Positions 49,676 to 62,394 of a stretch of DNA of 64,000 nt are shown here, piece after piece. The stretch spans positions 434,001 through 498,000 of the forward strand of contig JAPDFW010000092.1 in assembly GCA_028826165.1 (NCBI GenBank). Direction: 5' to 3'. Source of the stretch: Anaeramoeba ignava BMAN (taxonomy: Eukaryota; Protista; Anaeramoebae). Positions within the stretch are counted from its first letter, which is position 1; every line of letters begins with the position of its first letter. The position numbers and the translations under genes were made by a program. The notes beneath the pieces are model-generated. The model saw nothing but the letters and a program-made list of their open reading frames with translations, made no database searches and was not told where the DNA came from.

Positions 49676-52172
49676 TTAATCAGTATTCCATTTAATTGTT
49701 TTCAAATCAATTCCCTCTTCAGCCATTTCCCACAAAATACTCAATTTTCTCAATCTTTCTGCTTGTTTTTGGATTGAATCAACAACATAATCAATTTCTT
49801 TCTCTGTAGTAAATCTACCAATACCAAAACGAATAGAAGTATGAGCCATTTCCTCTTCCACACCAAGAGCTCTCAAAACATATGAAGGTTCAAGAGAAGC
49901 ACTAGTACAAGCACTTCCAGAAGAAAGAGCAATATCTTTAAGAGCCATCAGTAAACTTTCACCTTCAATATAACTGAATGAAATATTGATGCAACCAGGA
50001 TATCTTTTTTCGGGATGGCCGTTAAGAATTATTTTTGGCACTTTTTTTTGAACTCCTTCCCAAAGTCTTTTTGATAATTTTGTAATGTGTTCGTGATCTC
50101 TTTTCATTTCCATTTTGGCTATTCTTGCTGCTTCTCCAAATCCTATTGCTAATGGTGCTGGTAATGTTCCACTTCGAATCCCTCTTTCTTGTCCTCCGCC
50201 GCTTTGAATTGGTTCTAATCGTACTCTTGGTCTTCTTCGTACGTATAACCCTCCTATTCCTTTTGGTCCGTAGATTTTGTGTCCACTCATTGATAAAAGA
50301 TCTATATTCATTTTGTTAACATCAATTGGAATTTTTCCGATTGCTTGAGCTCCATCTGTATGAAACCAAACCTAATCCAAAATCAAAATCAAAATTAAAA
50401 TCAAAATTTAAATCAAATATCAAAATCAAAATCAAAATTAAAATCAAAATCAAAATCAAATATCAAATATCAAATATTAAAATTAAAATCAAAATCAAAA
50501 TCAAAATCAAAGTTAAAATCAAATATAAAATTAAATACCTTTTCTTGTTTACAAATTTGACCAATATCACCAATAGGTTGAATAACACCAATTTCATTAT
50601 TAACAGTCATAATAGAAACTAAAGCAGTTTTTTTAGTAATAGCTTTTTTGAGATCATCTAAACTAACCAAACCAAATTTATTAACAGGAAGATAAGTAAC
50701 ATTAAAGCCTTCATTCTCCAAAGCACGACAAGAATCCAAGACACATTTATGTTCGATTTGTGAAGTAATAACATGAGTTTTTCCGCTTGGTTTTAGAAAA
50801 CGACTGACTCCTTTAACTGCAATATTGTTACTCTCAGTTGCTCCTGAAGTGAATATTACTTCATTTGGTGTTGCTGAAATCAAATCCGCAATGTGCTTTC
50901 TTGCTTCCTCTACTAAATCTTCAGCTTCCCATCCAAATGCATGTGTTCTTGAATGTGGATTCCCATATTTTTCTGTAAATAATGGTAGCATTCTATCTAA
51001 TACTCTTGGATCAACTGGTGTTGTTGCTTGGAAATCAAAATAAAGTGGTCTACCATTATCAAATGCTGTTGATTTTGAATCTTTTATAATAATTTAGAAT
51101 TTCCAATTAAATATTAATTAAATATTAAATATTAATAAAATATTAATTAAATATTAATTAAATATTAATTAAATATTAAATATTGATTAAATATTAATTA
51201 AATATTAATTAAATATTGATTAAATATTGATTAAATATAAATTAAATATTAATTAAATATTGATTAAATATTAATTAAATATTGATTAAATATTAATTAA
51301 ATATTAATTAAATATTGATTAAATATTAATTAAATATTAATTAAATATTGATTAAATATTGATTAAATATTGATTAAATATTAATTAAATATTGATTAAA
51401 TATTGATTAAATATTAATTAAATATTAATTAAATATTAATTAAATATTGATTAAATATTGATTAAATATTGATTAAATATTAATTATTGATTAAATATTA
51501 ATTAAATATTAATTAAATATTGATTAAATATTAATTAAATATTGATTAAATATTAATTAAATATTAATTAAATATTGATTAAATATTAATTAAATATTGA
51601 TTAAATATTAATTAAATATTAATTAAATATTAATTAAATATTAATTAAATATTAATTAAATATTAATTAAATATTAATTAAAATATTAATTAAATATTAA
51701 TTAAATATTAATTAAATATTAATTAAATATTAATTAAATATTGATTAAATATAAATTAAATATTAATTAAATATTAATTAAATATTAATTAAATATTGAT
51801 TAAATATTAATTAAATATTAAATATTGATTAAATATTAATTAAATATTGATTAAATATAAATTAAATATTAATTAAATATTAATTAAATATTGATTAAAT
51901 ATTGATTAAATATTGATTAAATATTAATTAAATATTGATTAAATATTGTGATCAGTTAATGAATTTTTTCTACCCCTTTTCTTTTCTTTTGTTTTGTCTT
52001 TTGTTGTTTCTTTTGTTGTTTCTTTTGCTTCTTTTTTTATTTCATTTATTTTTGTTGAGAAATTTAAATTTTGATTCAAAAATTGATTTGCTTTTTTTTT
52101 AAAACAATTTTGTATTGTATTTGTATAAATTTTGCTAAAAGATAATTTTTGTGCTTTAATTGTTTGAAGCAT
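49676..52172 (-). CDS. NFS1: Cysteine desulfurase NFS1/IscS with targeting-like leader; exons 52172-51974, 51080-50539, 50371-49676
   Basis: [69 protein letters not shown] (PLP Lys), SSGSACTS (catalytic Cys); GT..AG introns are in phase. Confidence 0.95.
51105..51945. repeat. 11-bp repeat (ATTAAATATTA/G)n in NFS1 intron 1
   Basis: Directly visible. Confidence 0.9.
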
Positions 52173-52308
52173 TTTAAATGATTAAAAAAAAAAAATGGAA
52201 AAAATGATTTTGAAAAAAAAAAAATTAAATTTATTCACATAAAAAAAATTTGAAAAGAAAAATTTAATAAAATTTAAAAATCTTCTTTTTTCTTCTCTTT
52301 TTCTCTTT

Positions 52309-53640
52309 TCAAACTTTTTTTGTTTCTTCTTTTGAAATTAATAATTTTAGTTTACGATTTTCTTTGATTAATTTTTGGTAATCAGAATACAAAGTATTAA
52401 TTTGATTTATTTGTAAATCATCAAATTCAAAATTATAAAAAGGATATTTATTTTGGAGATCATTTTCACTCAAATCATCTCCAGAATCAGATAAACTTTC
52501 TTCCTTTTCAATTTGTTCAAAATCCTCGTGATTTTTGTCTTCATTAGGTTTTTCAGATTCTTCATTACTCAAAGATTGAGAGGATTTATTCTGAATCATA
52601 ATATCATCATTTGATTCGGAAAATTTGTATTTGGACGATTTTTTTTCAGATTTATTTTTTTCGTTTGAATTCATATCCTTTAATCGGATACTTTTCGGGT
52701 TAATGCTTGTATTCCTTGAATCTTGGGGTTTCATAATTGTGTTAAAAATTTCAGGATCAATATCCAATTCAGAAGCTGTTAAAGTTTCAAGAAAATTTGC
52801 AGCTTTTTTTAAAAGAGAAAAATTGACTTCAATTTGTTTGTCTAAAATTCTTGTTTGCTGACTAAACCGTTGAATGTAGCGAATATTTGACTTGAGATTT
52901 GGGGTGTTTGAGTGCAAAATAACATAAACTAAAAGCGGGAAGAAAAATAAAGCTCTTTTACTTTCGTTTGTAACGAGGATATCATTGATGTGTTGAATGC
53001 ATTCAGATATTTTCAATAGTTTTTCTTTTGGAGCTTTAAGTGAGTTGATTTCCCTTAAGGATTGCATTGCTTCCTCCAGTTTATCCACAACAAAGAATTC
53101 CTTTGGCAATTTTAAGTGGCTGAATTGAATGAAAGAAAGTTTGTCAAGTCTTTCAAAGAAATTTTGATCATCAAAAACATCTTCATCTCCATTTAAAAAA
53201 AATACTTTGTTATATATTTTCTTCAAAATATTCGACTCAAAATATTCATATGTTTGCATTTGAACTTCTTTTGGATCGTGTTTTTTCAATGTTTTTCGTG
53301 ATACATGATTTGTGTCGAAATTGTCACTAACTTCCTTTATAAAATCACTTACTTTCTTCCCAACTTCTTCTGTTTTATATTCTTTCCTGTCAAAATTTTC
53401 TACAAAAGACTCAATTTTTTCTTTGATTGATCTCAATTTTCTGGTTTTTAAAAATTGATTGAATTCGTTTTGGTTTTTCATTTTTGTAAATGTTATATAT
53501 TTTCTTCCCTTTTTTATTTTTTTCTTTTGTATTGTTTGTGTTTGATTATTTGTGTTTTCTTTTGTTTTATTGTTTTCTTTTGTTTTGTTTTCTTTTGTTT
53601 TATTGTTTTCTTGGATTTGTTGGAAAATTTGTTGATCCAT
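52309..53640 (-). CDS. VPS9-domain (Rabex-5-like Rab5 GEF) protein with degenerate catalytic motif
   Basis: ATG at 53640; helical bundle (FESNILKKIYNKVF, D..F.ERLDKLSFI...HL), LREINSLKAPKEKL.KI.EC, FPLLVYVIL.SN.PNLKSNIRYIQRF. Confidence 0.8.
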   Translation of the reverse strand: MDQQIFQQIQENNKTKENKTKENNKTKENTNNQTQTIQKKKIKKGRKYITFTKMKNQNEFNQFLKTRKLRSIKEKIESFVENFDRKEYKTEEVGKKVSDFIKEVSDNFDTNHVSRKTLKKHDPKEVQMQTYEYFESNILKKIYNKVFFLNGDEDVFDDQNFFERLDKLSFIQFSHLKLPKEFFVVDKLEEAMQSLREINSLKAPKEKLLKISECIQHINDILVTNESKRALFFFPLLVYVILHSNTPNLKSNIRYIQRFSQQTRILDKQIEVNFSLLKKAANFLETLTASELDIDPEIFNTIMKPQDSRNTSINPKSIRLKDMNSNEKNKSEKKSSKYKFSESNDDIMIQNKSSQSLSNEESEKPNEDKNHEDFEQIEKEESLSDSGDDLSENDLQNKYPFYNFEFDDLQINQINTLYSDYQKLIKENRKLKLLISKEETKKV

Positions 53641-53773
53641 AAAAGAAAAAAAAAATGAAGAAAAAAGAAATGAAAAATGAAAAAATGAAAAAAAATGAAA
53701 AATGAAAAATGAAAAATGAAAAAAAGTCTTTTGTTTTTTGTTTGTTTGTTTGTTTGAGAGTAATTGTTTTTCC

Positions 53774-56700
53774 TTAGTTATCATTTTCTGATTTAGAATC
53801 TGATTTAGAATTTGATTTTGAATTTGAATTAGAACTTGAATTAGATTTTGATTTTGATTTAGAATTTGATTTAGAATTTGATTTAGAACTTGAATTAGAT
53901 TTTGATTTTGATTTAGAATTTGATTTAGAATTAGAATTAGAATTAGATTTAGAATTTGAATTTGAATTTGAATTTGAATTTGAATTTGAATTTGAATTTG
54001 AATTTGAATTTGAATTTGATTTTTCGAATTAGAATTAGAATTTGAATTAGAATTAGAATTTGAATTTGATTTTGAATTTGATTTAGAATTAGATTTAGAA
54101 TTAGATTTAGAATTTGAATTTGAATTTGATTTTGATTTTGATTTAGAATTTGATTTTGATTTTGATTTAGAATTTGAATTTGATTTAGAATTTGATTTTG
54201 ATTTTGATTTTGATTTTGATTTTGATTTAGAATTTGAATTTGAATTTGAATTAGATTTAGAATTAGATTTAGAATTTGATTTTGATTTTGATTTTGAATT
54301 TGATTTTGATTTTGATTTTGAATTTGAATTTGATTTTGAATTGGAATTTGAATTTGATTTTGAATTTTGAATTTAAATTTTGAATTTGATTTTGATTTTT
54401 GAATTTTGATTTTGATTTTGATTTTGATTTTGATTTTGATTTTTGATTTTGATTTTGATTTTTGATTTTGATTTTGATTTTGATTTTGATTTTTGATTTT
54501 TGATTTTGATTTTGAATTTGAATTGAAATTTAAATTTGAATTTTGAATTTAGATTTAATTTTAAATTTAAATTTAAATTTAATTTAGAATTTGAATTTTT
54601 AAATTTGAATTTTGATTTTTAAATTTGAATTTGATTTAAATTTAAATTGAAATTTAATTTGAATTTAGAATTTAATTTAATTTGAATTTAAATTTAGAAT
54701 TTAATTTGAAATTTAAATTTAGAATTTTGAATTTGAATTTGATTTGATTTTGATTTTGATTTTGATTTTGATTTTTGATTTAAATTTGAATTTAGAATTT
54801 GCATTTTGGAATTTTATTTAGATTTTAATTTAGATTTTAAAAATTTGATTTTAGATTTGATTTAGATTTGATTTGATTTGAATTTGATTTTGATTTTGAT
54901 TTTTGATTTAGATTTAGATTTGAATTTAGATTTAGATTTAGATTTAGATTTAGAATCTGATTTAGATTTAGATTTAGATTCTGAATTTGATTTTGATTTA
55001 GAATCTGATTTAGATTTAGATTTAGATTTAGATTTAGATTTTGATTTAGATTTAGATTTAGAATTAGAATTTGATTCTGAATTTGATTTTGATTTTGATT
55101 CTGATTTAGATTTAGATTTAGAATTAGATTTAGATTTAGATTCTGATTCTGAAATTGATTTTGATTTGATAATTTCATCTTCTGATTTTGATTCGGATTT
55201 CTTCTTTTTTGATTTTGATTTTGATTTTGATTTTGGTTTTGATTTTGATTTTGATTTTGATTTTGATTTTGATTTTGGTTTTGTTTTTGATTTTGTTTTT
55301 GATTTTGGTTTTGATTTTGATTTTGTTTTTGATTTTGGTTTTGATTTTGGTTTTGATTTTGGTTTTGTTTTTGGTTTTGATTTTGGTTTTGATTTTGGTT
55401 TTGATTTTGATTTTGGTTTTGATTTTGATTTTGATTTTGATTTTTCTTCTTTAGATTTAGATTCACTTTCTTTTTTACTTTCAATTATATTATTATCATT
55501 ATTATCATTATTATTAGAATCATCTGCTCTAATTTCTTGAATTTTTTTAAGTTCTTCAGATATTATGTCAAGCTTTTTCTGGAAATTTTTCTGATTTCGA
55601 GAATCTAAGATTTTGTCTGAGGAAAAAACAATCTGTTTTTTATCTTTGAGTAAATTAGTCGAAAGACGAAGTACAGGATCAGAAAATTGGGAAGGTGATA
55701 ACACAATTAAATTACTCAAAATTTGTGAATCAAAGAAAGAATCTTTTTCAAAATTATCAATATCAAGAACAAAATAAGAAAGAAGTTTGAAAAATTGCTC
55801 TTTGTAATCCTCATGTGCTGTTAATGTTGCTTCAATAATTTGGAAAAGAACCCAACGACAACTTTCAAATTGCCGAAATTCGTTATCCTTACCTATAGAT
55901 CGATAGAGTTGGTCCGAGAGTACAAATTCCTTGTTTTGATACTTGACAAGAGAATCCTGAATTTTTTTGTGTTTTAGTTTTTTGGAAATATCAATCATTT
56001 GTGTTGTAATGTTCCTTGGATTGCGTTCTTGGATATTTTTGGAAATAAAAGGCAAGAGTGGAATAAGACAAGCAAAGAAAAATTGTTTTTGATTATTGTC
56101 AAGAACTTTGAGAATGGAGTAATTCATTAACTTTTCCAAAATGGAATAAGTAATCTCTGTTGTTTGCGGATGTCTCAACCCAAAAAGAGCATTTCCAGGC
56201 AATTCCAGGAAATGCTTTTGCAATTTTAATTCATCAATTTTCTTCAGTTTGATCTCAACAAAAATTACGCAAGATTCAAGTAATTTCATCAAAGAATAAG
56301 CTGTTTCCGGAGTTTCCAATTTCAACAAGATGGTGGATATCTCAAATATCGTATAGAATAACTTTTCGGAAGATGAACCAATTTTCATTGTGATAAAACT
56401 TAAGGTATCAACATAAGAATTCAACATCAAATGAAAGCTTTTTTCATTTCCCCTCTTTTGCTTCAACATATCAATCATTTTGAGAAATGGACTCGAAATT
56501 GAATAAATCAGGTTCTCAAATGAACTATTCAAAGCAAGAATGCGGAAAATATAATTCGAGTTTTTGTATATATGAGGATTGAAGCCTTCTTTGTTTTTTC
56601 TGCCTTCATTGTTCAAACAAGAAATCCAATTCCATGCTTCTCGGATCCAGGCTGCCTTCAATTTCTGTGGATCTTTTGCAATGTTTGAACAAACAATATT

Positions 56701-59700
56701 GATAAATTTTGCTCCTTCACTTAATTCATCCACTACTTCATCTTTTGCTTCACCTTTTGTTTCATCTTTTGTTTCATCTTTTACTTCATCAAATTTAGGT
56801 TTTTGAGAAGGCATTTCTTTTGGATAAGTAAATAAAGGTTTCCCTGGTGTTGAAATCTTCATGACAAAATCAAGGACTTCTGGATCTTGAGAATTCTTAA
56901 TATTACCCAAAATATAAAGTAGTTTCAGGATTATTGACTTGGAATTCTCGTACATTATTGAATTTTCATGGTCAATGTTCATAAACAACAAATTTAAAAT
57001 GATCGCCAATTTTTTGGAAACAGCCTTTTGACGAAATGAAATAACGGATGGCAAAATAAGAAGAAAAATATCTCTTCTTGATAAGTGTGTGATTAATTGA
57101 TCGTGCTTAATCAGCAGTAATTGTTTAATTCGGTTAGTAAAATTATTATGACTATTTCTGTTGATTTCAAAATGAATGGATGAATAAATAAATAAATGAA
57201 TGAATTGTTTGTTTATTTACTTAATAAACTCATCAATATCATAACTTTCAGGTTCAAGAATTAATTCTTTATCAAAAAAACTCCAAATACGATCGATATT
57301 CTTTTTGTTAACAAAACTTTCTGCTATTAACTGCACAGTTTGGATCAATCTTGGATGTGGCTAAAAAAAAATCACAAGAAATAGAAAATTTGTCAAAAGG
57401 AAAAAATTTTGTTTTTGATTATTTTTATAAATACCAGAAAAGCAGCTAATTCTACAAGAAAATCAATAGTTGTTGATATGACAGATTTATTAGAAGATAC
57501 AGAATTCCACAATTGACTGACTTGATTATGGAACTGAATGTTTCTTAAAGAGAATGTAAATAAAAACTCAAGAAGTTCAATAAAAAGTCGTTTTTGTTGG
57601 ATATCTTTGATAGTTATTTTTGAGTCAAGAGCTTTGATCCAAGGACATAAATATTCGGTCATTACTTTCAAGGATTTCTATAAACCAAATGAAAATGAAG
57701 GAAATTGAAATTCAAAATTTATAAGAAAATAAGAGAAAAGATTTTTCTCGGTTTAATTTTTACAACTCGGAAAACAGGTTCAATTTGAGGATATTTTTCA
57801 TAATCTTGCAATTCGGCCATAAGAATAAGGGTTCTATTTATAAAAGAAAGGTAAATTTGTTGTGAAATTCCTTCTCGATTTAAAATAATTTCGCTTAATT
57901 GAACCTAAATATTCAATCAAAAAGAATAAATGTTTTTTTTTTGTTGTTAAAGGATGAAATGAACATCAAATAATAATTAATAAAATACGGATTGATGAAG
58001 AATCAAATCAGGATCTCTAATTGAAGAGCAATAGATTGGAGGAGAAAGAGTTCCTTTGTTGAAAAAATTTTTAATAGTATAATCCAATAAAATTTCAGCT
58101 TTTTTTCTGACAATTTTGCTTGAAGAATTGAGGAGAAATAGAATCAATGCATATAAATCAATTTCATCCACTTGGAGATTGTCATTAGTAATTTTTTCTT
58201 GTAGAATCGTTCCAAAAGCATCAGAAATTTTTTGGTTCTTTGAGCAGTAAACATTAGTAATCAGTTCAGATGCATTGATATCATTTTTGATGTAATGGTT
58301 TCTTAACGATATTAGTCCAAAATCCTGGACCCACTGCTCTGAATAATCAAATAAACTGTAGATCCAAGGCAGAACATCCGTATCAAATTTCGATGTCTCA
58401 CTTTTACTTATTGGGCCTTTAAGAAGAAGCTCTGAAGTAGCAAGAAACCCCATATATAATACTGAATCCATAACTTTTTTTTTGTTTTGGATTAAATCAG
58501 CTGATTGGTTTAAGAATGATGAAATGAAATTGAATATTTTTTTTCGGTTTTCTTCTCCAATTCCAAATTTGGGTTGGATCCATGATTTAAGGGAATAGAC
58601 GAATAAAGAGAAATTATACATCAAATCATCTTTCTGCTCTGATTTATTGAAGATTAATTTGGATATTGAATTTGAAAGGAATGCAATTGAATTGTTCAGA
58701 ACGGTATCATCAACTTTTTCAAAAGAACGAATAAGACGATGATGGATTTCTATTCAAAAAATGAAAATTGGAATTAACATTTTTTCTTTTTCTTTTTCTT
58801 TTCAAAAATTGAAAAATTTACCAAACATATCTGGTTGAGGTTGATTATCTCTTATTTTATCAATAAAATATCCTGCCAAAGTAATATTTAATTGAGACAA
58901 AACCTATTTAATTCAAATTCAAATTCAAAATCAAATTCAAATTCAAATTCTTTTTTTGTTTTATAAATTTACATCTTTAAACTCTGAATATTTTTTAATA
59001 AATTGATTTATCAATAACTTGGATTTTTCTGTTTTTGGAATTAAAAAGAAGAAAAAAAAGATATTTTAGTTATTGAAATAGAAATGAATATGAAAAGGTA
59101 ATTACCATTATTGTTTGATAGACCAAGATAAAGAGTTGTGAAATTTCGATAATATTTTTCATTAACTTTTTTTCTCTCCAAATGATTTATAAAATCATCC
59201 ATCTTGGAAAAGTTATAAATTGTTTTTTTTAAATTTTAAATTTAATCATTTTTTTTTAATGTTGAATATAATACATTATTGGAAAGTTCATCAATAAGTC
59301 CTCCATCGGATTTTTTCACTTTTCGAAGAAGCTTAACTAAAGAAATTATCCTAAATAAACCATCATCCTTTTCGAAACATTCAATAAGCGGTTCAATTTT
59401 CATTTTTTCAGGAGAAATTAACTATTTTGTTTTTGATATAATAATATTGTTAAACGAAGTAAATTAATCTAATTGAAACTTTTGCGTTATGAAGACAAAA
59501 ATAAAATACATATTCCAAGCTAATCATTTCAGTATCTTTTTTTGTTTCGCGATAAGCATATTCCCATTCTTGAAAGAAGATGTCGTGAGTTGCTATTTAA
59601 TTATTTACAGAAGATGAATATAAAATTAATAAAATTAATAAAATTAATAAAAGAATTACTTAATTTAGTCCGATTTGGTTGGAATTTGAGAAGTTGACTT

Positions 59701-61886
59701 ATATAAAGAAATATATCAAGACAATTATGAACGATAGTAATATCTGGATTACATAAACCAATTAAAGAAATTGCTTGAAGTAGTTTAAAAAGATCATCAT
59801 TCAATACGATTTTCGGATCTTGAATTTGATCAGCATCTTGTATAATATTTTGGTTGTTGTTATTATTGTTATTATCATTATTATCATTATTATCATTATT
59901 GTTATTATCATTGTTTTCTTGAGATTGTTCATTTTGATTCCCAAATTTTCGAGTTATTGATAAAAGAAAAGAAATGATATTCTTTGTAAATTGAATTAAT
60001 AAAGATGTATCGTTTTCTTTCAAAAGAAAGAAGAAGTATTTTGCGAGTCTATCCAGAATTGGTCCGATCCAACTCTTATTTTTTTCAGCAATTTTGATGA
60101 TACTTTGAGTGGAGAGATCTGAAATATCTGGATCGGGACTTAAAGATAATCTGCACAAGCGATCAACAATTGGTTCATTTTCTTGTTTGTGTTCTAAGTG
60201 TGGGAAAATCTTGAGTAAATATTCAAAGTTTTCGATTTGTTGAGCTTTGTTTGATAAATTCTGCTTTGTGAGTGAAATTAGTTGTTGAGAGGAATCTTCA
60301 ATTCTTTTGATAATCAAAGAAGAAAGTTCTGAATCAAATAGTTGGGATGTGTCTATGTTTGCATCAAGAATAGAAGCAGCAAACTTGAGCATTGGGCGAG
60401 CTCGTTGTTTAAAAAAAGCTCTGAGAAATTCTATGAGAGTAATTTGAATCTGGAAAATTGCAGTTTCTCGAAATTCTTCTGATGAAAGAAGAATTCGGAA
60501 CAAGAAAAACAAACTTTTACGAACAAAGTCTTTTGTAATCTTTGATTTTGTGAGTTTTGTCATGATAGTACCAAATTGTTTTCCAGAACTATTTCGTATT
60601 TCGGGAGATGTTGAAGCGAGAAAAAGAATCAACCTCTCTTTGGCATCTCCTTTCGATTTTTCGATAAGTTCAATTCCTTCCTTGTTCCATTTCAATAAAT
60701 CAACTGATTTTGGAAAATGAGCAATCTTAAAAAGTGAAAGCCAAAATGTTTTTTTTTTGGAATATTTATCGAAACTTTCCTTGAAAAAGTTATGAAACTC
60801 ATTGAAATTTTCTTGTGATATATCCTTTAAACTAAATGATGAAATGATTGATGTAAGAATTTTCTCGTTGTTTAAATAGTCGTCTATAACAGTTTTTTTG
60901 AGTTGAGTGAAATGATGAGAAGAAAACTCTCTCAAAACTTCTCTGTATAATTTCTCAAGATATCTGATATTTTTCTTATCTAGTGCTGAATGTGCATTTT
61001 TTGTTCTGAATTTTTTCCTTTCAAAAAGAAAGATGCTGTAAGTATCTTTAAAAAGATTATCATCCCAAACTGGGTTTTTTCCAATTAAAATGGCTCTTGT
61101 AACTAATCCAAATAGACAGAATTCAAGGTTTGTGGAAGTGTAAATGATTGCATTTCCTTTCTAAAAAATTCATTTTGAAATTTAGAATAAAAATTCATTT
61201 TGAATTTAAAATTCATTTTAAAATTCATTTTAAAATTAAAATTCATTTTGAAATTAAAATTCATTTTGAAATTAAATTTAAAATTAAAATTCATTTTGAA
61301 ATTAAAATTAAAATTAAAATTCATTTTGAAATTAAAATTAAAATTCATTTTGAATTTAAAATTAAAATTAAAATTAAAATTAAAATTCATTTTGAATTTA
61401 AAATTCATTTTAAAATTAAAATTAAAATTAAAATTCAATTTAAAATTAAAATTAAAATTAAAATTAAAATTAAAATTAAAATTAAATTTAATTACTCCTC
61501 TTTGCGATTTTATTAGTGAATCATGAATTCTTTGAAGTTGTTCTCTTGAAAAATGAAATGAAGAACTTGTTATTAAATTTAATATTTTTGATAAATCTGG
61601 TCTATTTTGTAAATCAGAAAATTTTAAAGGTGTCTTTTTTATTTTTTATTTTGTGTTGTTTAAATTTATTTTGATGTCAAATTATTGGAAAAAAAAATCA
61701 GGAAAAAAAAAATTAATAAATAAATAAAAAAAGGAAAAAAATATTTTTAAAAGAAAAAACTTGAAAATTTACTTCTTTATCCGATTCAATAATATTTTTA
61801 ATATTATTTTCTAAAGATTGATAAATGAAACCTAAAAGCATACTTTTTGGTTTTTGGTCTTTTGATTTTGGAACTTGTCTACTCAT
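53774..61886 (-). CDS. Furry/MOR2/TAO3-like HEAT-repeat scaffold (RAM/MOR pathway), multi-exon, with Ser/Lys-repeat C-terminus
   Basis: EYLCPWI, VSQLWNSV...IDFLV, LNLLFMNIDH...YENSK.IILKLL and AWIREAWNW..C....SNYIFRILA resemble Fry/Tao3 motifs (YLLPWL, LGLDH...FEHSKKLLLHLL, RSFQIFRAL); ATG at 61886; putative final stop at 53774; internal exon limits approximate. Confidence 0.65.
53790..55440. repeat. (GATTTT/GAATTT/GATTTA)n hexamer arrays, partly coding (SK/PK repeats) and partly probably intronic
   Basis: Directly visible. Confidence 0.8.
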
Positions 61887-62140
61887 TTTATTCTTAAAAA
61901 AAAAACGAAAAAATGGAAAAAAATGAAAAATAAAAAAACGGAAAAATATTTTTTTTTTTGCTTTTTTTTTTCCTTTTTAAATTTTGAGTCATTTTTAAAT
62001 AATAATTAATAATTAAAATTAAAATATTTATTTAATTAATTATTTTTTGATTAATTTATTTTTTTTCATTTTTTTTCTTTTTAAAATCTTTTTGGAAAAT
62101 TTTTCAATCATTCTTTTTTTTTTTGAAAATTAAAAAAAAA

Positions 62141-62380
62141 ATGGTTAATAAAACTGTAATTAGTTTAATAATTTTCTTAATTATTGTTAGTGCTGGTGTA
62201 GTTGTCATTTTTACCTTCCGATTTCTATTTAAAATGATTATATTTTTTTGGAGGTGTTGTTTTCCATTTTCAAGAAAACATGCTCCATATTGGTTTCATT
62301 TTTTAGCTATGAAATATTCAAGGGTCAAAAGATTTCTAAAGAGAAGTTTTTCTGTTTCAACAAGATTTGGTTCTATTTGG
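62141..62380 (+). CDS. First exon of a membrane protein, possibly a Slo/BK-type K+ channel (partial; continues beyond window)
   Basis: ATG 62141, N-terminal TM (VISLIIFLIIVSAGVVVIFTF), WRCC, then VKRFLKRSFSVSTRFGSIW|GTAATT, resembling the BK pre-S1 segment (ISAQTLTGRVL). Confidence 0.4.
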
Positions 62381-62394
62381 GTAATTAATAAATT

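Noticed and set aside
11327-61886. Inteins in the conserved enzymes or large proteins
   Set aside because: No insertion with Hint-type C...HN/C,S,T boundaries or LAGLIDADG motifs was seen; HydE and NFS1 align continuously
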